DNA of 64,000 nucleotides, from the NCBI GenBank assembly GCA_040384485.1, contig JAZKJH010000003.1, positions 144,979-208,978 on the forward strand, written 5' to 3'. A program made the translations under genes and the position numbers. A model generated the notes under the pieces. That model worked only from the letters and a program-made list of their open reading frames with translations, ran no database searches and was not told the origin of the DNA. The stretch comes from Patescibacteria group bacterium. Its GTDB lineage: Bacteria; Patescibacteriota; Minisyncoccia; Phycocordibacterales; DATDWN01. Shown here one piece after another: positions 9,401 through 17,470 of the stretch; positions within the stretch are counted from its first letter, which is position 1, and each line of letters starts with the position of its first letter.

Positions 9401-10144
9401 GGCATTAGGATCTTTATAACAATCACCCACTTCGTATCCAGCTGACAATAAATTTCCATAGTAACCTCGACTATTGTCATCCCCATCGAGCATTGCTTGA
9501 GTGATTACATACTCCTTTTTACATTTCTGAAACGACAAGAAACCACCACCCTGTTCTATTTGTTTATCTTTTTCTTCACCAGCCGCACTTACTCTCAATG
9601 ATAGTGAATTTTTTGCATCAAGATATGCCCCATAAGGGTTATTTTGACTTTTTTGAGTAATCTCAAACCACCCATCCCAACCACCCTTACTAAAGTCGTT
9701 CATAAACTCTTCGTAGTTGGCTTTTATTTTACTCAAACTACAGCTGTAATTTTCGCCACTTGTTTCTGAAAGATAATTTTTAACCAAAGCAAGTCTAACT
9801 TCTGCTTTGAAAGGAGCACACAACCGGTTTAGATTTGTATTGGATAGAAAAGAAGATGCTGTCTCATCCCCAACGTCCAAGAAAAATTGTTTTGGATCAG
9901 TTACATAACTAGGGTTTCCTTGGAATCCGGAGTTAATCCAATTTACTGTTTTTGCAGTAATCATTTTAAGGACTATTTGAGCAGCTGTGTATGCCAAAAA
10001 GTCACCAAAACCTTCTTTTGGAGCCTGAAACACATCGACATATTGAGCTTCAACCTTCTTCGGAGCAAAAGAAAAAAGCAGTGAGATTATAAAAAAAGAA
10101 AGTAGGGATTTTTTCCAAAAGTTTGATTGGGCGGAAAAAGACAT
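6401..10144 (-). CDS. Giant secreted protein (1247 aa): Cys-containing N-terminal domain, acidic Gly/Asp/Glu linker, IPT/TIG-like Ig domain, then beta-propeller-like repeats; candidate surface adhesin of the T4SS-like locus
   Basis: N-terminal signal peptide (LLSFFIISLLFSFAPKKVEAQ). TIG-like segment AFITSVSPSSAKPGATTITITGTDL. Repeated blade-like motifs (KYLVVWLAWDDGD, KFVYVWQTVKPG, KYLVGWSGTNG, LWLAFRDGE). Only 3 nt separate it from the VirB6-like gene. Confidence 0.7.
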   Translation of the reverse strand: MSFSAQSNFWKKSLLSFFIISLLFSFAPKKVEAQYVDVFQAPKEGFGDFLAYTAAQIVLKMITAKTVNWINSGFQGNPSYVTDPKQFFLDVGDETASSFLSNTNLNRLCAPFKAEVRLALVKNYLSETSGENYSCSLSKIKANYEEFMNDFSKGGWDGWFEITQKSQNNPYGAYLDAKNSLSLRVSAAGEEKDKQIEQGGGFLSFQKCKKEYVITQAMLDGDDNSRGYYGNLLSAGYEVGDCYKDPNAKEVVTPGSVINGQLTKSLGSSWERLGAADEITEIVGALVGQLIERVVGGSGNGGGLRGTSQPGSTGNSFIDDFQNAPEPQPIRMPVNDPEDTFTCLTDPDTGVMRCRIGNEVPGTSGGQCADTGNKYASDLGSAMDAVLSENPDIADLPNIESGGRVNARRFLALVEEKLISRGFNATDEVLNGNNNPSTGDIIAVWRDGEEYMERYDAINGAAATIATAGQTNFEGFVPMDCTTAGGGDDCGCRESTGGPDEEDEDGGDDEETNPNPGTAFITSVSPSSAKPGATTITITGTDLTNQVSFFDGAGNRESVAGTVNSTKTQTTALVPTSIPVGNATVKVYIGRNPANEMVFSNGKLIQITNTPGGGGGGTATVPSYNASGGWGGNLAHNTTNNTWLVVSAGTSANGTYGKIMNNDGTSVGGQITITSGHSGGPKVAYSKDINKYLVVWLAWDDGDKTTTSNIMGRFINPDGTFSGSPFLVHSDTSYPNDSSMFYSNSPMQYDSKNKKFVYVWQTVKPGRHSNLRTISTTGEVGPRINLTSSLSTVAEDDGRGDPAVAIKESTNEYCVIYQRGYSTGTGASATWNPSIRARTVNALTGTVGPETVVYSESGANATVVMMSIVYNSVNNKYLVGWSGTNGAKGKFMTSCNGSVAGSTITLNSAASGHSLAYNPKSNQYASIGQNPHNAGNTFVILNSNGVKVSEGVAFAGGYGNFSPTIAANTTDGTFSATSAYEYGITRFAPNLGNAVASTQTISTPNYKDLGVGSFPDVVWFQNRLYVAFRSANNLAINLFSFDKNLGDQKTEKIFTLNSGAGGFPRLTVSSNTLWLAFRDGESSGEDIKLWKKSTDSIESLGPAVGNDPVAVGNGYIAWQKCEGTNCTDSKVYRRLLTGGSSTFIRNWLPTGIARISSTGVVTMIDTDRTALTWGLNSWYAGDLTVAADVTPHDDNGVVGRFNNSLSSEFNLWENQRTHTPHAATDGAGNYAVATWNPTVRVATFSKK

Positions 10145-10225
10145 AATTATGTCTTTTATTATACACCAACTCGACTTGTTAACACTAGAGTTTGTGTTGA
10201 AAAGTTTTACTGAAACAAACGGTTG

Positions 10226-11050
10226 TTATATTGCTGAACCAGTTCGTTGTGCAAAGTAAGAATTTATGTCTAATAGTGCAAAGTTTAGATCTTCGCTTGT
10301 AGTGTTTTGATAGTGGTTTATTCCAGCTATTCCTGCTATTGGGTCGGAAACAGAGTCCCGCATAGCTTCAAGACTGGCGAGAATATTGCTGATGGCATTT
10401 AATAGTTTTAAATGATGCGAAGTTGCACTACTAGGCACTTCTATAGCCAACATGTCTTCAATAAAACCCTTAGTTATCCTAATTGTAGGGTCTAGTTTTA
10501 ATAAAACAGACTCATTTTCGGTCTCGATGGCAGTCATGGCGATATCTACTGGATTTTCTTTAACCTGGGTTGAGCTTTCTCTAAGAAGTCTGTTGACTGT
10601 GTTTTTGTAGCTAGTTACAAAATCTCGGTTGTTTTTGTTTACTATGTTTAAGTTTGCTTGGAGGTACACCGCCCCTTTTATCTGAGTATACTCAGGCATG
10701 GAGACAATATTTTTGGTTATTTGAGAAATCTCAGCGTCAGTGATAGTTCCATCGTCTCTAATAGATAAAAAGTACTGTGATAAAAAATCTTGAGATATTT
10801 TTGCAGTAAGGCTAGTGTCGTTAACAATTTCTTCGTCTACAGGTCTTACTACGCTTGATATTTCGTTTTGAGAAGAATCTACATCCGTTAGTATTTTTTG
10901 CCAGTCATTTTCAGTTTCTACAACAGCTCTGGGGTTTCCCGCAACCACTTGATTGTCTCCCTCGGTATTTTTTTCCTTTGTAAAAAGCCAAATACACGCA
11001 ACTATACTGGCTGAGATTATAAAAATTACAATAGTTTTATTACTAGGCAT
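10226..11050 (-). CDS. Bitopic membrane protein (N-terminal TM plus ~250-aa extracytoplasmic domain); possible T4SS accessory component of VirB8-like topology
   Basis: 274 aa with a single N-terminal hydrophobic helix (IVIFIISASIVACIWLF); first gene upstream of the giant protein on the same strand. Confidence 0.45.
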   Translation of the reverse strand: MPSNKTIVIFIISASIVACIWLFTKEKNTEGDNQVVAGNPRAVVETENDWQKILTDVDSSQNEISSVVRPVDEEIVNDTSLTAKISQDFLSQYFLSIRDDGTITDAEISQITKNIVSMPEYTQIKGAVYLQANLNIVNKNNRDFVTSYKNTVNRLLRESSTQVKENPVDIAMTAIETENESVLLKLDPTIRITKGFIEDMLAIEVPSSATSHHLKLLNAISNILASLEAMRDSVSDPIAGIAGINHYQNTTSEDLNFALLDINSYFAQRTGSAI

Positions 11051-11102
11051 ACGAAGATTATACTGCCATAATACTTTTTTTCAAAACTACTTAAGGTATT
11101 CC

Positions 11103-12764
11103 CTATATAATTCCTTTTATATACACAAAATAGTATAAAATTAGGTATGAAATCGCTATGCCTGTTAGAAACACAAAACGCAACACAAAAATAGGCTTTT
11201 CTTGGTAAGGTTTCTTCATAATTAGTCTGTACCCTATGAGTGCAGAAGGCAAGGCAATAATATACAAAAGATAAAATGATAGAAATACCGGAACTAGAAG
11301 GATGCTAAGTGCAAAACAGTAGGCTACTATTTTTATTCCCCTCTCGCCAAAAAGAGTCGGTATTGTCATTATTCCATTTGCTCTATCACCAGCAACATCT
11401 TTGATATCTTTGAAGTTTATTGCCATAGTCACCATCAACACGATTCCTAGTGCCAAAAGAGATGGAAAAGCTGAAATTTGTTTCAGTGGAGATATAAAAA
11501 AGTATCCAGCTAGTATGGTGGCCAAACATGCCACTCCTATAAGAAATGAAGAAATAATAGGGAATCTTCTAAGTCTGAGTGGAGGAACAGAATATATATA
11601 TGAAGCTGCTATATACACCAAACTCATAAAAAAAGGATAAAAACCAGCAGCCCACGCGCCCAGTAGTCCAATAATTAACCACAACCTACCAACTTCCCGC
11701 ATCTCCTCAACAGTTAAAGTCTTTTCTATCAGAGGTCTGTTTGTGTTTGATATTTTATCTATTTCAACATCAGCTATATCGTTTGTGTGTACTGCATTCA
11801 TCCACAAACCAACCCAAGCCATGAGCAAACATACCACTCCTATAAAATCTACCCACATTATATTTGAGATAATCATGGGGTTGTTGAGATAGGCAAAGCC
11901 CATACCTGATAGAAGCGATAGAGTGTAAAAGTTTACCCTCTCCAGTCTCAAGTTTCTGATAACCGCAATAAATTTATTTTTATCTATTCTGTAAAATAAA
12001 AGTGATGCCGAAATAACCGAGATAATGAACAAGATTTGAGTCAGTATTTTATTAAAACCAAGTTCAAAAAACCTGGCATATGAAACAGAGGAAACCCCCT
12101 CTCTCCAAGTGTTGTGAGATATTGTGGATTCAAAAATAACTTTTTCAAAAAATACTAAACTGTTTTCATTAGTGCTTGTGAAAATATTTGAAACCGTATT
12201 AATAATTCCTGGTGTCGATCCAATAATAAATATGAGCAAATACAAAGAAAACATTCCTAACGCTATTCTTTTATATCCATTTTTATTAATCCATAAATAA
12301 CAACCAAAACCTAGTATCATAAGAGCAATTCCGAACCGCATTCCAGAAGTCACCCCTATATTTGATGTTGTTCCTAAAAAAGTAACGAAGTTAGTTAGTA
12401 TTTCCCAGTTTGTACTGAAAATATAAGTCATTTTGCTACCAACTCCCCCACTAAAAACAAGGTCAGCAATAGGGGCTAACCAAAGAATTGGAAGTCCAAA
12501 CAATAAAATTTTCGGAGCGTTTTTGTAATCTTTGTTGAAATATCCGACTAACAAAATAGAACAAAGTGATACAGATAAAAGGAATAGAATATAGTGAATG
12601 GTTGTGTGTGGATCCAAGGGCATTATGCCGTCCGAGGCAGGACTGGAGATGTATTCAAATATAAACCTAACGAACACGATTCCTAAAAAACCCATTATCC
12701 ATTCTGATATAGAGACTCGGGTGTTTTTGATAGTATCTAGGAAGTTTGTTAACAAGAGTGTCAT
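11103..12764 (-). CDS. UbiA-family prenyltransferase fused to an extra ~270-aa N-terminal polytopic membrane domain
   Basis: C-terminal half carries the two Asp-rich UbiA motifs, NDIADVEIDKISNTNRPL (NDxxDxxxD...RPL) and DIKDVAGDRANG; hydrophobic throughout. Confidence 0.65.
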   Translation of the reverse strand: MTLLLTNFLDTIKNTRVSISEWIMGFLGIVFVRFIFEYISSPASDGIMPLDPHTTIHYILFLLSVSLCSILLVGYFNKDYKNAPKILLFGLPILWLAPIADLVFSGGVGSKMTYIFSTNWEILTNFVTFLGTTSNIGVTSGMRFGIALMILGFGCYLWINKNGYKRIALGMFSLYLLIFIIGSTPGIINTVSNIFTSTNENSLVFFEKVIFESTISHNTWREGVSSVSYARFFELGFNKILTQILFIISVISASLLFYRIDKNKFIAVIRNLRLERVNFYTLSLLSGMGFAYLNNPMIISNIMWVDFIGVVCLLMAWVGLWMNAVHTNDIADVEIDKISNTNRPLIEKTLTVEEMREVGRLWLIIGLLGAWAAGFYPFFMSLVYIAASYIYSVPPLRLRRFPIISSFLIGVACLATILAGYFFISPLKQISAFPSLLALGIVLMVTMAINFKDIKDVAGDRANGIMTIPTLFGERGIKIVAYCFALSILLVPVFLSFYLLYIIALPSALIGYRLIMKKPYQEKPIFVLRFVFLTGIAISYLILYYFVYIKGII

Positions 12765-12766
12765 GT

Positions 12767-13552
12767 TTATTTAATTATACTGCAAAAACTAACCCATGTT
12801 TCTAGAGGTAAGTCCTCCGCTCTTATTTTTGTAGAAATTCCAAGTTTTTCAAAAGCAGTCAAAATGTTTTCCTTTTTATACAAAGACGACAGGTTTGGTA
12901 AAAGCTGCTTTCTTTTGTGGGCAAAACCAGCGTGAATAGTTTGAAAAAACACTGCTTCGTCTACACCCCCCAACCTTCCTTTTGATATATCTTCTATGAG
13001 TAGTATGGCTGAATCGACGTTGGGAGCCGGTACAAAAGAACCCGCTTTTACAGTTTTTATGTATTTAGGTGTTCCAAATGCTTTTACAGAAAGTGAAAGT
13101 AAACTCTCTTTGTTGTCTCGAGCTAGTATTCTGTCAGCTACTTCCTTTTGAACCATAAGAGTCATCGATTTTGGTTGGTTTTTTGTTTCCAAAAACATTC
13201 GTAGTATCTGACCTGTTATATAGTATGGGATATTGGCTATGACCTTGTAGGGCAGTTTGTAAAAAGACAGCACTCCCGGATCAAACTCAAGGATATCTTT
13301 TTCTAACACATCCAACTTTCCCGTAGAAATTTCTTTTGCAAATTTTTCTGTTAAAAAAGGTATGAGCCTGTGGTCTTTTTCTATGGCAATAACCTTGCCA
13401 GCAAGTTTTGTTAGGTATTGTGTGAGGACCCCTTCCCCTGGCCCTATTTCAAGCACAATATCACTAGGCACAATGTCGCTCGCGTCTATTATCGCAGAGA
13501 TAGCACTCTCTGATTTTAGGAAATTTTGCCCTAGTGATTTTTTGTGAAGCAT
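12767..13552 (-). CDS. rsmA: 16S rRNA (adenine1518/1519-N6)-dimethyltransferase RsmA/KsgA
   Basis: N-terminal KKSLGQNFL signature, SAM-binding LEIGPGEGVLT, 261 aa. Confidence 0.9.
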   Translation of the reverse strand: MLHKKSLGQNFLKSESAISAIIDASDIVPSDIVLEIGPGEGVLTQYLTKLAGKVIAIEKDHRLIPFLTEKFAKEISTGKLDVLEKDILEFDPGVLSFYKLPYKVIANIPYYITGQILRMFLETKNQPKSMTLMVQKEVADRILARDNKESLLSLSVKAFGTPKYIKTVKAGSFVPAPNVDSAILLIEDISKGRLGGVDEAVFFQTIHAGFAHKRKQLLPNLSSLYKKENILTAFEKLGISTKIRAEDLPLETWVSFCSIIK

Positions 13553-13574
13553 GGTTGTATAATTCAGGTTGAAT

Positions 13575-15515
13575 CTAAAAATCTATTTTGAAAAATGATT
13601 CCTTTTCTACTTCTCCAAAAAATGATTCTTTGTCTATGTATTTTTTCGGTATATCGTCTATAAACTCCGAAGGCGAATTTACCTCCATTGAACCAAATAT
13701 AGTACGAGTGATAGCGTGAGTCAAAAACAGTTTGTGCCCTGCTCGCGTAAGTGCAACATAAAAAAGCCTTCTTTCTTCCTCTGCATCCTCCCCATCTTTT
13801 GCCCTCTCACCTCGTCGTCGGTGAGGAAATAGGTCGGCTTCTAGTCCACACACAAAAACATACTGAAACTCCAAACCTTTGGAGGAATGAACAGTCATAA
13901 GCTTTACTCCAGTTTTACTTCCATCCAAAGAGTCTTGGTCTGAAGTTAGTGCTACATCTGTAAGGAATTTTTCTATTCCCTCTTCGCTCTCATATATATC
14001 GTATTTGGTTGCGAGAGTTACAAGCTCCATTATGTTCTCAAGTCTATCAGTATCTTCCTCCAACCCTGTTTTATACATATCCTCCATACCGGAGTTTTTG
14101 ATGATATATTTCAGACTTTCACTAGGTTTTTCTTTTAGTAGAACCTCCTCAAAATCCAAAAGCATGTTTTTGAAACTATCTAGTTTGGCTTTTGTTCCAC
14201 TCGAAATCTCATCTTCTTTGCCGGTAAGGATTTTTTCCAAAGTAACCTTACCTATTCCTCTCGGTGGGATGTTTATAATCCTTGAAAAGTCACTTAAATT
14301 TTGAGGGTTTAGACTGGCTTTTACAAAACTAACCACATCCTTTATTTCTTTTCTCTCAAAGAATTTAGTCCCAAGCATTTGATAGGGCACCCCAAAAGCC
14401 ATAAAAGCATCTTCCAGCACTCGAGATTGGAAGTTGGCTCTATATAGAACAGCTATCTCCTCTGCACTCACGCCTTTTTCTAGTAAATCTTTTGAGCGGA
14501 GAGCTATAAAATGAGCCTCGTCTACTTCGTTCCTTGCTTCAAACAGGGTAATTTTCTCCCCTTCACTGTTTTCAGTAAAAAGTTTTTTAGGAATTCTAAA
14601 CTTATTCTTTTCTATAATCTCATTTGCAGCAGCCAAAATGTTTTTTGTTGAACGATAGTTCTGCTCTAGGAAGAAAGTTTGGACATCTGGATAGGTTTTT
14701 TCGAAGTGAAGCATGTTTTTTATCTCTGCTCCTCGCCAAGAGTAGATGTTTTGGTCAGTATCCCCCACCACACAGATATTTCGGTGTTTTTTAGCAAGCA
14801 TTTCTACAATGCTGTTTTGAACTTTGTTTGTATCTTGGTATTCGTCAATATGCACATAAAGAAAGCGTTCCTGGTATTTTTCCAGAACCTCCTTGTTTTT
14901 CTGGAGGAGTTTTAAGGTTTTTAAAAGCAAGTCGTCAAAGTCTAGGGCCTGCTCTCTTTTCAAAGTTGCTTCATATTTCTCCCAAACTTTTTTCACAAGC
15001 TCAGAAGTAAAGTCATAACTTCCTCTTTCCATGTATTCACTTAAACTCACTCCTCTACCTTTCTCATTTGAGATAATATGTCTCACTTTATCGGAATGCT
15101 CTTTTGGGTCGAGTCCTATGGCAACAACAGCATCTTTTACAGCTTTTTTGCTGTCTCCTTGGTCAAATATAGTAAAATGTCTTGGGATTTTTAAGATTTC
15201 AGCATTCTCTTTCAGAATTTGAACTCCAAGAGAGTGAAAGGTGCTCACAAAAGGCATAGTGCGTCGAAGATGTGCCATTGAAAGATCCTTTTCTATTAGG
15301 TCACGTACTCGTTCCCGCATTTCCTTCGCAGCTTTGTTGGTAAAAGTGATGGCCAGGATTTGTTCCGGTGAAACTCCACTAGCGACCAGGTGTAGTATTC
15401 GGTGAGTAAGTGTTTTTGTTTTTCCTGCCCCTGCCCCAGCGACGATAAGTACCGGTCCGTCAGTAGCGACAACTGCCTTTTTTTGCTCATCATTAAGAGA
15501 TTCTAGGTAATTCAC
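13575..15515 (-). CDS. pcrA: UvrD/PcrA-family ATP-dependent DNA helicase
   Basis: Walker A GAGAGKT near the N-terminus, UvrD-like motifs (TFH..., DEYQDTN, VGDTDQNIYSWRGA), 646 aa. Confidence 0.9.
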   Translation of the reverse strand: MNYLESLNDEQKKAVVATDGPVLIVAGAGAGKTKTLTHRILHLVASGVSPEQILAITFTNKAAKEMRERVRDLIEKDLSMAHLRRTMPFVSTFHSLGVQILKENAEILKIPRHFTIFDQGDSKKAVKDAVVAIGLDPKEHSDKVRHIISNEKGRGVSLSEYMERGSYDFTSELVKKVWEKYEATLKREQALDFDDLLLKTLKLLQKNKEVLEKYQERFLYVHIDEYQDTNKVQNSIVEMLAKKHRNICVVGDTDQNIYSWRGAEIKNMLHFEKTYPDVQTFFLEQNYRSTKNILAAANEIIEKNKFRIPKKLFTENSEGEKITLFEARNEVDEAHFIALRSKDLLEKGVSAEEIAVLYRANFQSRVLEDAFMAFGVPYQMLGTKFFERKEIKDVVSFVKASLNPQNLSDFSRIINIPPRGIGKVTLEKILTGKEDEISSGTKAKLDSFKNMLLDFEEVLLKEKPSESLKYIIKNSGMEDMYKTGLEEDTDRLENIMELVTLATKYDIYESEEGIEKFLTDVALTSDQDSLDGSKTGVKLMTVHSSKGLEFQYVFVCGLEADLFPHRRRGERAKDGEDAEEERRLFYVALTRAGHKLFLTHAITRTIFGSMEVNSPSEFIDDIPKKYIDKESFFGEVEKESFFKIDF

Positions 15516-15844
15516 TTGAAAAGTATATCACACGGGCCCTAATTTTTGAGTTGTTAATAAGTTTTGTTGTTTTATTTTTTAAAATGACACCACAAAATTC
15601 AACTTTTGTGTCATTCAATCAAAATTTAACCTTATTTTAATTGGTGATAACTGGCATTGACCCAAAGACCACAATATATATACTTAATATGTTGTCGGAA
15701 AGGGTTTTATAAATATGGCTATATAGAGCCATTATTTATCTTCAGAAATACAGAATAAAAGTTAATTTTTAGCTTATTTTAGGTAAAAAACAAGATCCTA
15801 AATTTGATGCAGGTCTTAAAATCACAGACGCCCAGGAGGGCCGA

Positions 15845-16855
15845 GTGGGATTTGCTCAGATAGTGGTGAACATAAGGTCATTTATCTTCTCTTTTTTGAT
15901 AATTTCGACCACAATTATCCCTTTGCATGCCAACGCAGGAGTTATTTCTTTTATTTCCAACTTGTTTTCAGATGAGGTTTCTGCAGAGGAAATAGATACA
16001 CCTAGTCAAAATATGGCTTTGTTGCAAGCGCCTTTGTCGCCTATGGGAGCAATAGAGGAAAAAGTAGACGAACTAGTTATTGTTGATGACGCCGCTCTGG
16101 TTTCAGAAGTAGTTATGCCAGGAGAAGGTAAGACATCTAGTGATGATCAGATTAGTATTTATGTGGTTCGTTCTGGTGACACCCTACCAGCTATAGCCAA
16201 GATGTTTGGCGTTACTGTAAACACTATTAGATGGGCGAACGATATAAATGGGAATACAATAAAAGTGGGTCAAACCTTGGTTATTCTTCCTATTGATGGC
16301 GTTCAACATGTTGTTAAAAAAGGAGACACACTACAAAGCATCGCAAAGCAACACAAAGGCGATTTGGAGGAAATAATGCAATATAACAACCTAGCCAAAG
16401 ATGCAAAACTAGTTGTAGGAGATATAGTGACTGTTCCAGACGGTGAAATAGCTGCAACCCCAACACCTACTAAGAAACCAAGTTCAGGTGGAAGTAAATC
16501 CCCTAGCTACGCTGGATACTATATGAGACCTATCGTTGGTGGAATAAAGAGTCAGGGAATCCACGGTAAAAATGGAGTTGACCTAGTTTCTCATCATGGA
16601 GCAAACATTCTTGCTTCTGCAGCAGGAGAAGTCATCATCGCTCGAAGTGCTGGATATAACGGAGGATACGGATTGTATGTAGTAGTAAAACACAGTAACG
16701 GAACTCAAACTTTGTATGCTCACATGAGTAGTGTAAATGTAAGTGTTGGACAGAAGGTTTCCCAAGGAGATGTGGTGGGTAAGATGGGAAATACAGGAAA
16801 AAGCACTGGTACACACCTTCACTTTGAGATCCGAGGGGCCAAAAACCCATTCTAA
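15845..16855 (+). CDS. LysM-domain M23-family peptidoglycan peptidase
   Basis: N-terminal signal/TM, two LysM repeats (YVVRSGDTLPAIAKMFGVTVNTI...; HVVKKGDTLQSIAKQH...), C-terminal M23 motifs (HHGANI..., GNTGKSTGTHLHFEI). Confidence 0.85.
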   Translation: MGFAQIVVNIRSFIFSFLIISTTIIPLHANAGVISFISNLFSDEVSAEEIDTPSQNMALLQAPLSPMGAIEEKVDELVIVDDAALVSEVVMPGEGKTSSDDQISIYVVRSGDTLPAIAKMFGVTVNTIRWANDINGNTIKVGQTLVILPIDGVQHVVKKGDTLQSIAKQHKGDLEEIMQYNNLAKDAKLVVGDIVTVPDGEIAATPTPTKKPSSGGSKSPSYAGYYMRPIVGGIKSQGIHGKNGVDLVSHHGANILASAAGEVIIARSAGYNGGYGLYVVVKHSNGTQTLYAHMSSVNVSVGQKVSQGDVVGKMGNTGKSTGTHLHFEIRGAKNPF

Positions 16856-17094
16856 AACTTCCAAATTTAGCGAAATCCCTACAGGATCAGTACACCTTTC
16901 ACATTTGATTACAAATGATCAAGGTTTTACGAAGTGATAATATCACTTCTCACCTCGTTCCTAGTTTTAAAACCCTCGTCACCTTACTAGGTGTAAGACT
17001 CCTTTTGTTCTAAAACTCTCACGTCGGATTTCATCTAAATTTGAAAGTTTGGTTTCATACTTAACCATCATAATTTTCTAAAGAAAAACCACAG

Positions 17095-17403
17095 CTAGTC
17101 TGTGGTTTTTTGTTCTGGCAGATCCGGCCTGCTCTGGTTTTTCAAATCCCTTAAGGTGAATATGTCCGCAAATGACATAAGCATTTGGATGGCGGTCAGA
17201 TGCCTGTTTGCTTTGCCGTATTGCTCAGGATTCATTATGTACTTCTTGGCGCCTTCACATAAGAAGTGTGCATGAGCAAGACGTTCATCAATACTCAAAG
17301 AACCAAAAGTTCTGTTCTCATCCATTTGGATTTTGGGAACCCCTTCTCTTAAGAGAAACTCTTCACAAGTTTCAACTACTGAGAGCATTTTTTCTGGTGT
17401 CAC
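17095..17403 (-). CDS. Hypothetical small protein (102 aa)
   Basis: ORF with a coding-like composition followed by a terminator hairpin; no motif I recognise. Confidence 0.4.
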   Translation of the reverse strand: MTPEKMLSVVETCEEFLLREGVPKIQMDENRTFGSLSIDERLAHAHFLCEGAKKYIMNPEQYGKANRHLTAIQMLMSFADIFTLRDLKNQSRPDLPEQKTTD

Positions 17404-17470
17404 ACTATCCTCACTTTCTATACTTAAATTTACTTTTTAAATGACGATTGTCAAACTAAGCTTGCGTAGC

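Noticed and set aside
15520-15845. AT-rich 330-nt intergenic region upstream of the LysM-M23 peptidase gene, with the ATGGCTATATAGAGCCAT palindrome, considered as an sRNA or regulatory element
   Set aside because: There are no flanking promoter/terminator pairs and no conservation evidence. A single palindrome in AT-rich DNA is insufficient.
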